From a bacterium (GTDB lineage: Bacteria > Actinomycetota > Acidimicrobiia > Spongiisociales > Spongiisociaceae), in the NCBI GenBank assembly GCA_026710435.1, contig JAPOQZ010000266.1, forward strand, positions 13,609 through 77,608: a DNA stretch of 64,000 nucleotides, written 5' to 3'. A program made the position numbers and the translations under genes. Under the pieces are notes generated by a model. That model did no database searches and was not told the DNA's origin. It was given only the letters and a program-made list of their open reading frames with translations. How positions within the stretch are numbered: the stretch's first letter is position 1; every line of letters starts with the position of its first letter. Below, in pieces: positions 48,840 through 56,856 of this stretch.

Positions 48840-50558
48840 TCATGGAAGAGCGTCCTGCAGGAAGGCTCGGTACAGGGCGATCGTGCTCTCGGGTGACACC
48901 AACTCCCTGTACCGGCTGTGGATCGGGACGGCAAGGTCCTCCGTCTGCTCGATGCGGGCGGTTGGCAGGATCCGGGAAGCTGCTTCGAGGTGCACGATCC
49001 AGGGGTCGGTAGGCCGGGCACAGATGAGCATCTCGGCCTTGATGAGGGGCAGGCGCTCGGTGGTGGGATATTCCCAGAGGGCGACGAAGTTGTGGTGGTA
49101 GGTGCGCCCTCCTTTCAGGAACTCCACCAGGCTGTGATGGATGTCGGCCGCGGGAGCGAACCTGCCCACGCGTGTACCGGCGGCGGTCCGAGCGTAGAAC
49201 GGCCACCACAGCAGCACGTCCCTCAGGTAGTTCCAGGCCCAGAGGAGGTGCGAACCGTCCCACGAGGGAACCATCGGCGGTTGGTAGTTGTCGATGAAGT
49301 CCTGGCTCTCGTCGGGTGTGTATATCGGGATGCCGTCCAGGATCAGGTGACGTACCAGGGAGGGCCTCTCGATCGCCAGTTGCATGCCGAGCACCGCGCC
49401 GGTGTGGTTGCCGTACACGTCGTAGTCCTCGTGGCCCTCCGCATCGCACACTTCCCCCACCAGACGGGCTAGATCCGCCATATCAGGCTTCCCGGAGAAC
49501 GGCGCCGAGTCCCCGTTCCCCGGTGTGTCCAGCGCCAGCGCCGGCCGGTCGGCGCCCATCGCCCGCATGAGAGGTTCGAGCGCCGCGCCGGAACCGGGTG
49601 GCGATGCCTGCAGGAGCAGGAGGGGTCTCCCCTCGCCCGGGATGCGTCGCACGAGCATCTGCCCGGCCGAGGTGGCGACGTACCCCCGCTGGACGGTCCC
49701 CGGATCGAGCGCCGCCCGGCGCGGTGGCGGGGCGTCGGGCAGGTCGGGATCCGCTAGAAATGACTGAACCAGGTCGGCCAGGTCGGCCAGGTCGGAGGTA
49801 CGCCGCATCCTGATCTCGGCGTTCTCGACCCGATCCGGGAGGCGTCCCAGATGCTCCGCGAGCGGGTCGTCCGGACCCACCGTGATCATCGTCGGCACGG
49901 ACAAGCGGGCGAGGGCCTCGGTTGGCTCGTAGCGGAAGGACGCATGGTAGAGCTGCCAGTAGAGAGGCCCGGCCCTCATCATGTCCAGGACCTTGTCGTG
50001 CAGCCCGCCGGCCGTGGGCATGTCGAGCACTCGCCGCGCCTCGGGGGTCCTCCGGTACCAGGGCCAGAACAGCAACATGTCGCGGCGCATCGCCCAGGTC
50101 CGTACCAGATGGGACCCGTCCCACTGCGGTTTAAGGGATGGCGCGTAGTTGGCCACCAGGTCGGTGCGCTCGTCCTCCGTATAGGCCGCGAGAGCATTGA
50201 GGATCACGCGGTTGACCCGTCTCGCATGCCGGTGGGCGAAGTCCAGAGCCAGGGTGGCGCCTGTATGCGATCCGTAGAGATCGACCCGGTCCAGCCCCAT
50301 CCAATCGAGCGTCTTGGCCAGGGCGTCCGAGTAGTCGGCGCACGACGGAGCTGCGAGCCCGAGGCCCGCCGACTCGCCTGCTCCCGGGGTGTCGAGCGCG
50401 ATCACGGTCCTGCCGGTTGCGAGCTCCCGGATCAGGGGTTCGAGAGCGAACGAACTGCCCGGAGCCGGATGGAGCAGTACCAGCGGGGGACCGCTTCCCG
50501 CTCGCCGGTAGTGGACCTCCCGGTCGCCGACGTACCCGAAGTACTTGAGTATCCTCAC
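48840..50558 (-). CDS. Tandem double alpha/beta hydrolase-fold protein
   Basis: PLVLLHPAPGSS..ALDTPGAGES..LYGSHTGA and PLLLLQASP..ALDTPGNGDS..VYGNHTGA. Confidence 0.87.
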   Translation of the reverse strand: MRILKYFGYVGDREVHYRRAGSGPPLVLLHPAPGSSFALEPLIRELATGRTVIALDTPGAGESAGLGLAAPSCADYSDALAKTLDWMGLDRVDLYGSHTGATLALDFAHRHARRVNRVILNALAAYTEDERTDLVANYAPSLKPQWDGSHLVRTWAMRRDMLLFWPWYRRTPEARRVLDMPTAGGLHDKVLDMMRAGPLYWQLYHASFRYEPTEALARLSVPTMITVGPDDPLAEHLGRLPDRVENAEIRMRRTSDLADLADLVQSFLADPDLPDAPPPRRAALDPGTVQRGYVATSAGQMLVRRIPGEGRPLLLLQASPPGSGAALEPLMRAMGADRPALALDTPGNGDSAPFSGKPDMADLARLVGEVCDAEGHEDYDVYGNHTGAVLGMQLAIERPSLVRHLILDGIPIYTPDESQDFIDNYQPPMVPSWDGSHLLWAWNYLRDVLLWWPFYARTAAGTRVGRFAPAADIHHSLVEFLKGGRTYHHNFVALWEYPTTERLPLIKAEMLICARPTDPWIVHLEAASRILPTARIEQTEDLAVPIHSRYRELVSPESTIALYRAFLQDALP

Positions 50559-50578
50559 GGCACTCTGCTCCTTCGCTT

Positions 50579-52936
50579 CTACCTACCGGATCGACCGCCG
50601 TCCCTATCGAGTGAAAGGCCCTCGGCGACCCTTGCGAGCAGTGCCCAGGCGCCTTCCACGTCGAGAACGCGTGCGCCCACCGACTCGCAGGCTAGCGTTT
50701 TGTCGAGCACCCAGTCCCATTTGTCAATCTCCGGGTTCTCGATGGCCGCCGCCAGGTCGGCAGGTGCCGGGCGCGGCCCGTCGAGCAAATCACGGATCGT
50801 GGCTTCGAGGTCGCGGATGCATGTCCTGGCTATCTGGATGGCGGGTCCTTCGGCGGTCGCCGAGACGCCTTGGACCGATAGCGCCAGCGCCGCGGTGTGC
50901 AGGCTGCGGTCGCCCTTCCAAGGAAACAGCAGAACCTCTGAATCGCCTGCCAGAACCGAGGCGCCGTCCAGGCCGAATCGGTGGAACGCGGCCCGGCCCT
51001 CCGAGAGGAGGCGCTGCGCGTTCGGATCGAGCCACGCAGGTATGTCGGAGGACCGGTAGACGGCAACCATCTCGGCCCGAACCCGATCCGAGACGGCAGG
51101 GCTTTCACCACCGGAGAAATGAGGGACGCCCCCGGCGGCCCTCATGACTTGCACGACACGGGCCGGCTTGTCGACACCGGCCACTTTCCAGCGCTTCCCG
51201 GCGAAGATCAGCAGGGTGCCTTCCCGGAGGGGCTGGTAGATCGGGATGGTGCCGAGTGTCCTGCCGCCGCTCAGGACCCTCCACTCGTCGGCCGTGTGGA
51301 AGGCGGTGTAGAAGCGGTAGTTGTTGATCTGACGTTCACCGGCCACGCCGGGCAGCAGCAGGCCGTCCGCCGCTTGTATCAGGAGGTCGTGAGTTCCCAT
51401 CGCCCGGAGAAGTCGAGCGAAACGAGTGCGGTCGACGAGGTGGAAGGGACCGGCTCCGCATAGGGCGCGGTAGAGGTCGGCGGCGGTGGCACCCCCGTGC
51501 TGGGCGATCACCGACATGATCTGCTGGATCAGCGTCGAGTAGTTGAATCCGGGATCGGCCGGGGATTCGAGCCAGTTCCCGAGCATCAGGCGCACCATGG
51601 CGGTTGCCTGCACGATGTCGCAGCGCAGCCTGTCGACAGGGTGGGTGTCTTGGTCGACAGACCTCTCGGTGATGTAGAGGCGCAGCACCGCCGGGTCGTC
51701 CCGGCGTCCCGACCGGCCCAGTCGCTGCCAGAGCGAGGCGACCGATGGGGGCGGTCCGATCTGGGCCACGCTCTTTACCGTACCGATGTCGATGCCCAAT
51801 TCGAGCGTGGAAGTGCTCACCGCGGTTGCGGGTCGGGTCCGGTCCTTTATCCGCGTCTCGACCGTCTGGCGAATACCCTTGGACAGGTTGCCGTGGTGCG
51901 GCCAGAACTCGTTGGGTACCCGCGCGCGGGCGCATCGACGGGCGAGCAGGTCGGCATAGGTCTCCACGGCATTGCGGGTATTGGCGAACACCAGGTTGTC
52001 GTGGCCGCGTAGGTGCCTGAAAAGGTGCTCCGCGATCGCTCTCTGGGATTCCTCGTCTTTGGCCTCCCCTTCCACACCGGTCGATTCCTGTCCGACTTCG
52101 GCGCCGCTCCGATACTTCGGTGGCGGGGCTTCGTAGCCGCGCATCTGGAGCAGCAACCTCCGTCCGTCCAACTTCGATTCGACGATCAAGACATGCTCCG
52201 GGTCGGTCGGACGGAGGAAGGCGGCGGCCTGCCTCATGTCACCGAGGGTCGCCGACAGTCCGATGCGGGACGGCTGTAGGCGAGTGGCCAGATCGACACG
52301 GTTCATCAGGGATTGCAGCTGGACACCGCGCTGGGCGCCCAGGAAGGAGTGGAGTTCGTCGATCACCAGGTAACGCAAACCGGCGAACAGGCGCGGAACG
52401 ATGGGACCCCGGTTGACGAAGGTGGCCTCCAACGACTCCGGAGTGATAAGCAGCACACCGGACGGGTCGGCAACCAGCTTCCGCTTGGCTGTGGCCGGTA
52501 CGTCGCCATGCCAGCGATGGACGGGCACATCCAACCGTTCGCAAAGCTGCTCGAGGCGTTGATGCTGATCGTTTATCAATGCCTTCAGGGGCGATAGGTA
52601 CAGCACCTGCACCCCGGCGGACGGTTCGGACTCCCGTTCGTTCCAAGGGTCGTAGGCGTTCCAAAGATCCCGTTCTCCATCTGTCTTCGGGTGGATGGCG
52701 GTCGCCACCTTCGACAGGATCGGGAGAAAGGCGGCTTCGGTCTTCCCCGCGGCCGTAGCCGCGGCGACGATCACGTCGCGGTCGCCGTCGAGGATCGGGC
52801 CGATGGCACGCTCCTGGGCGTCATGCAGCGAGGTCCATCCCTGGTCGTATATCCAGCGCTGCATCCGAGGATGCAAGCGGTTGAAGGCCGCGGACGGGGA
52901 AGTATCAGAGACGGAAGTGGATGAGGTTGTCATCAT
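50579..52936 (-). CDS. sngC: Lhr-like DEAD/DEAH-box helicase, Shango system
   Basis: AATAAGKTEAAF, SPLKALINDQ, ITPESLE, IDELH, GLSAT, HHGNLS, TSTLELGIDIG, QRLGRSGRR; follows the TerB and ATPase genes; symbol assigned by gene order. Confidence 0.88.
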   Translation of the reverse strand: MMTTSSTSVSDTSPSAAFNRLHPRMQRWIYDQGWTSLHDAQERAIGPILDGDRDVIVAAATAAGKTEAAFLPILSKVATAIHPKTDGERDLWNAYDPWNERESEPSAGVQVLYLSPLKALINDQHQRLEQLCERLDVPVHRWHGDVPATAKRKLVADPSGVLLITPESLEATFVNRGPIVPRLFAGLRYLVIDELHSFLGAQRGVQLQSLMNRVDLATRLQPSRIGLSATLGDMRQAAAFLRPTDPEHVLIVESKLDGRRLLLQMRGYEAPPPKYRSGAEVGQESTGVEGEAKDEESQRAIAEHLFRHLRGHDNLVFANTRNAVETYADLLARRCARARVPNEFWPHHGNLSKGIRQTVETRIKDRTRPATAVSTSTLELGIDIGTVKSVAQIGPPPSVASLWQRLGRSGRRDDPAVLRLYITERSVDQDTHPVDRLRCDIVQATAMVRLMLGNWLESPADPGFNYSTLIQQIMSVIAQHGGATAADLYRALCGAGPFHLVDRTRFARLLRAMGTHDLLIQAADGLLLPGVAGERQINNYRFYTAFHTADEWRVLSGGRTLGTIPIYQPLREGTLLIFAGKRWKVAGVDKPARVVQVMRAAGGVPHFSGGESPAVSDRVRAEMVAVYRSSDIPAWLDPNAQRLLSEGRAAFHRFGLDGASVLAGDSEVLLFPWKGDRSLHTAALALSVQGVSATAEGPAIQIARTCIRDLEATIRDLLDGPRPAPADLAAAIENPEIDKWDWVLDKTLACESVGARVLDVEGAWALLARVAEGLSLDRDGGRSGR

Positions 52937-54260
52937 CGGACGCCGCAGTCTGGGTGGCCGGAGGGGCAACGTCGCCGGCCGGGAGCGGTGCGAGGTCCGG
53001 GTTCGTCTCCTGCTCGATATCGATACGATCGATCAGGTCGGACCAGTTCACGCCGGGATTCTGGTCGAGCACCGCGAGGAGGTTCACAAACTCCTTGATG
53101 GTGGTGCGCGGCGTGCGGAAGTAGGCGTCACCCACCCGGGACGCACAGTGTTCCATGAAAGCGGTCAATGCCTCGTCGGGTACGAGGTATGCGTCCGGAT
53201 CGCCGCTCGCGTACACGTGCCGGAGCTTGGTGAGCAGGACGTACATGTCCTCGGGGGACAGATTGGCGAGGCGCAACACCGGCCCCGAGAAGTCCACCAG
53301 CCCCTTGCGGGCAAAGGCGTTCTCGGCCAGGCGCGACTGCAGAGCCGGGTACGAGTAGAGGCCACGCCGGGTGTCGAACAGCATGTCAGGAGTGCCACTG
53401 AACACGAAACCGAGCCCCGCGGCGGAGCCCTGCAGGCAGTCGTTCAGTATGCGCAGAACCTGTTCGTAGTTGGAGTTCCGGGCCCGTGTGTGGGACATCT
53501 TGTAGAGATTCACCATCTCGTCCAGGCAGACCAGAAGGCCGGAGAACCCGGCGAGGCGGACGAAACGGGCGAATAGCTTGAGATGGTCGTAGAAGGTTCG
53601 GTCGTCGATGATGGTGCGGACCCCGAGCGCCTTCCGCGAATCGGTGCGGGTCGAGAACTCGGCGCGCAACCACCGCACCACATCGGAGCGCAACCGGTCG
53701 TGGCCGGTGTCGTGAGCACGCCAGTAGGCGGCGACAACTTCGGCGAAGTCGTACCCGCCGACGAGCTCCCGGAGATCACTGAGCCGCTCACGGATCACGG
53801 TCTCCGCGTCGATCCCTCGGGATCGGGCCGCGCTCAGGCTTGTCGTGATGAATCGTTCCACCACCGGCAGCATCGCACCGCCTTCGGGCTTCGCCCGCGT
53901 GGACAGGTTTCGCATCAGCTCGGCGTAGAGACCGCGTGCATGGCCACCGGTCGAGTAGAGCCGGCGTTCGGGTGACAGGTCGGCGTGGACGGTAACGAGC
54001 TTGCGCTCCAGCGCGATCGAACGGACCAGGTTGAGGAAGAAGGACTTGCCCGCCCCGTACTCGCCGATCACGAGACGGAACGCCGAACCACCGTCGACGA
54101 TCCGGTCGATGTCACCGACGAGAGCCGTCACTTCGTCGACGCGCCCGACCTGGATGTGCTGCTGGCCGACCCGTGGTACGACCCCGGCCCGTAACGACTG
54201 GATGACCGCGTCGCGGTCCCGTGGACGGATCCGGCCGGTAGCGTGTGTAACAGAAATCAT
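52905..54260 (-). CDS. sngB: DUF2791 (BrxC/BrxD-like) P-loop ATPase, Shango system
   Basis: IQSLRAGVVP..G..HIQVGR, IGEYGAGKSFF Walker A, LVCLDEMVNLYK Walker B, YSYPALQSRL; symbol assigned by gene order. Confidence 0.9.
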   Translation of the reverse strand: MISVTHATGRIRPRDRDAVIQSLRAGVVPRVGQQHIQVGRVDEVTALVGDIDRIVDGGSAFRLVIGEYGAGKSFFLNLVRSIALERKLVTVHADLSPERRLYSTGGHARGLYAELMRNLSTRAKPEGGAMLPVVERFITTSLSAARSRGIDAETVIRERLSDLRELVGGYDFAEVVAAYWRAHDTGHDRLRSDVVRWLRAEFSTRTDSRKALGVRTIIDDRTFYDHLKLFARFVRLAGFSGLLVCLDEMVNLYKMSHTRARNSNYEQVLRILNDCLQGSAAGLGFVFSGTPDMLFDTRRGLYSYPALQSRLAENAFARKGLVDFSGPVLRLANLSPEDMYVLLTKLRHVYASGDPDAYLVPDEALTAFMEHCASRVGDAYFRTPRTTIKEFVNLLAVLDQNPGVNWSDLIDRIDIEQETNPDLAPLPAGDVAPPATQTAASDDDNLIHFRL

Positions 54261-56668
54261 GTCAGCTCCTCCACAGCGTAGGTATTGAGTACGACAGGGT
54301 CATCTCCTTCGACAACCGGTTCCCCACAGGCCTCCATGGCGGTTTCGTTGATCACGTCGAGGGCGCTGTCCAGAAACGGCAAGCCCACCGACTCGGCGAG
54401 GCGCTCGGCGCTGGAGCGATCCCACTCCGACCGAGCGACAAGCTTGCGCATCAAGGCGGAATGGGCCTCGTCGAGTTCTCCGATCACCGACCCGTTCTCC
54501 AGACCGGTCGGCGACGGTTCCGGGGTGGGGATCGGGGCATCGTCGACGAAGATATCGGTCAGCAGCGCCGACACGCGGTCCGTCTCTGCGAGGCGGGCCC
54601 GAACCTTTTGAGGGTCCAGGGTTACCGGCGGTCGCCTGGCTGCAACCTGCCCGGTGTTGGGAACTGACCAGCGGGCGGTGGGTTGTGCATCCCTGACGGT
54701 TACGGGGCCATGGTCATCGATGTGGAGACCATGCACCCTCCGGTAGAGGTCGCTGGTGTCTAGGCCAAGATACCCGAAGACCTTTTCCAGAGCGGTCAGC
54801 TCTTGGCGGCTCACCAGCCCGTCGGCAGCAGCCAGGGGAATCAGAAAGCTGCCGATCGCAGCCCGATCCACCCTTGGGATTCGCTCCGCCTTGTGTTTCA
54901 TACCACGCATCCCGGGCCTCGAGGCGTCCAGGAACTCGACGTACGCAGCCAGCCGGCGTCGCTCGGCGTTATCCAGGCCGGCGATCCCCTCCAGCCGCTC
55001 CACGATGAGCTTGTACTGCTCGGGGCCGACACCGCCGTCCGCCCCGGCAACTATCGCAGCGACATGGACGATCGGCAGTGCGGTGCCATAGGCATCCGAC
55101 GGCGACTCTGCGGTCCCGCCCGGAAGCCGGAATAAGACTACCCGGGTACCCGGGTTGGGAATGGTGCCGCCGAACCGCACGTCGGGTTCGATTCCAACGC
55201 CGATTCTGGCGAGCATGGACGCCAACCAACCTGCCTCCTGCTTCGTCAGCTTGGCCACGTGTCCTGGTGACCACCTCTCCACCAACTCGTCCAAGGGAAC
55301 CACCGCGGTGGTTCCGCCCTCGAGAACCTCCGACGCCCAACCGCGTAGATCGTCAAGAATCTGGCCTCCGTGAGAAGCGAGCAGACACTCGGGGAGCAGC
55401 GAGAGCGCCGCCGCGGTCTCTCCCCTGCCGGGGTTCTTCCCGATGAACTTGCTGTAGGCATCGAGTTCGGCGTTGCACTGCTTTGCTATGTTCCTTAGCT
55501 TCTGCAGCGGATTGTGGACCCACCTGTCGGTCCACACGATGTCGGGTATGTTCCCCGCTGTGGCATGCACCGTCCCACCGTACGTGCCTTGAGTAAGGCC
55601 CGGCGCCAGGTCGAGACCTCTTGGCTGCTCGTATCGAGCGAAAGTTATCGTATGATCGAAGCCGTGTGAGGCTGTCCGGTACGAGACATCGATCTTGCCG
55701 GCCGGGCGACGGACCTTCATCCCGTCGGGAAACCTGGCTCTATGTCGGATGAGGAACAGTTCATCGAATTCGTCCGGACACCGCCTCGCAGGTGTCGCCG
55801 GCTTGACGCCAGGATGATGATGCAGGTAGCTGAGTCCCCACTCAGCCGGTACCTTCGAGCTCTCGGCCAAGTACTTTCCGATGCCGATGCGCACCGCGAG
55901 CGGGGTTTCCAGTATCTTCCGCTCCGGATCCCGCGGGATAGGTTCGATGTCCGTGTGTAGGCATAGCAATCCTTCGATAAAGGTCATGAACTCGGTTGCG
56001 CTTCGAGAGAAGATACGGTTGTGCCCGTAGATGTCCAGGAGACGGCGAACCTCGACGATGATCGCTAGCACGTCGGGATGGTCGACGTCGGCGCCGATGT
56101 CTGCGAGCAGGCGACGTTCGAGCCCATAGAAGAAGAGGAGCACGTACCCGATATGGGCGATCTTGTCGCGGCGCCCGCCCGCCAACCATCCGAGGTACGC
56201 GGCCCGAACGCGGGGGTGGGCCCGGTCGTACGACGGCCAGTCCTCGATCAGCGCGCCGTCCCAATCTGCATGTCTCCAGTCAACCGGGAGCCCAGGGTCG
56301 ATTAGGGATGGTTCGGTCCAGTATCCGCTCACCGAAAGGACTTCGCTGCCGACGTAGACCATCCCACCCTCGATGGACCGTCCCTGCACGACGATCCTCC
56401 TTCCAGCGGGAACCCAGGTCGCACGGCCCGGCTCGGATCGCACCGGTTCCGATTCGGATAGTTCGGATGGTGTCGACTCCGGGACTCCAAGACAAGTGGG
56501 ATGGCAATCACACGGGTGAGGTACCGGGCCTCCGTTCTGCCGTGTTCGGTTCCTGTTCCGCTTGGATCGCTGCTTCTGTTTTGCCCGCCGCCTATGTCTG
56601 GCCCGTTGATGTTGTTGTCTGGACCGCTTCCTCTGCTTGGAACGCTTCTTGCTCTTGGTCCGGCTCAC
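54257..56668 (-). CDS. sngA: TerB_N-TerB-TerB_C protein, Shango SngA-like (proximal copy)
   Basis: W.P.G..I.V.GR.IEGGMVYVG, EPSLIDP.L, WPSY, IGYVLLFFYGLERR, AADG, AET.RVS.LL.DIF, LD.INE. Confidence 0.88.
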   Translation of the reverse strand: MSRTKSKKRSKQRKRSRQQHQRARHRRRAKQKQRSKRNRNRTRQNGGPVPHPCDCHPTCLGVPESTPSELSESEPVRSEPGRATWVPAGRRIVVQGRSIEGGMVYVGSEVLSVSGYWTEPSLIDPGLPVDWRHADWDGALIEDWPSYDRAHPRVRAAYLGWLAGGRRDKIAHIGYVLLFFYGLERRLLADIGADVDHPDVLAIIVEVRRLLDIYGHNRIFSRSATEFMTFIEGLLCLHTDIEPIPRDPERKILETPLAVRIGIGKYLAESSKVPAEWGLSYLHHHPGVKPATPARRCPDEFDELFLIRHRARFPDGMKVRRPAGKIDVSYRTASHGFDHTITFARYEQPRGLDLAPGLTQGTYGGTVHATAGNIPDIVWTDRWVHNPLQKLRNIAKQCNAELDAYSKFIGKNPGRGETAAALSLLPECLLASHGGQILDDLRGWASEVLEGGTTAVVPLDELVERWSPGHVAKLTKQEAGWLASMLARIGVGIEPDVRFGGTIPNPGTRVVLFRLPGGTAESPSDAYGTALPIVHVAAIVAGADGGVGPEQYKLIVERLEGIAGLDNAERRRLAAYVEFLDASRPGMRGMKHKAERIPRVDRAAIGSFLIPLAAADGLVSRQELTALEKVFGYLGLDTSDLYRRVHGLHIDDHGPVTVRDAQPTARWSVPNTGQVAARRPPVTLDPQKVRARLAETDRVSALLTDIFVDDAPIPTPEPSPTGLENGSVIGELDEAHSALMRKLVARSEWDRSSAERLAESVGLPFLDSALDVINETAMEACGEPVVEGDDPVVLNTYAVEELT

Positions 56669-56856
56669 AACTCCACCTTCAGGTAGCTCCTGCCGGGGCC
56701 ACAGGAGGCGTGCTCTCCGGATCTAGCAGCTACGGCAACACGCTCATTGTGGTACGGGGGACGCCGGATACGTAGGTGTTCGCAGCGGGCCTTGCCCGGC
56801 AGATGCGCCGCGGCGTGGCAGTCTCGTGGACGCTTGCGGTCGGGTACACGGGTCAT
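56665..56856 (-). CDS. Possible 63-aa ORF translationally coupled between the two TerB genes
   Basis: Its ATG overlaps the upstream stop (ATGA) and its TGA overlaps the downstream GTG start (GTGA); no recognisable domain. Confidence 0.3.
   Translation of the reverse strand: MTRVPDRKRPRDCHAAAHLPGKARCEHLRIRRPPYHNERVAVAARSGEHASCGPGRSYLKVEL

Noticed and set aside
52905-54260. BREX system call for the DUF2791 ATPase
   Set aside because: No pglX, pglZ or brxA is nearby. The TerB and Lhr context fits Shango.
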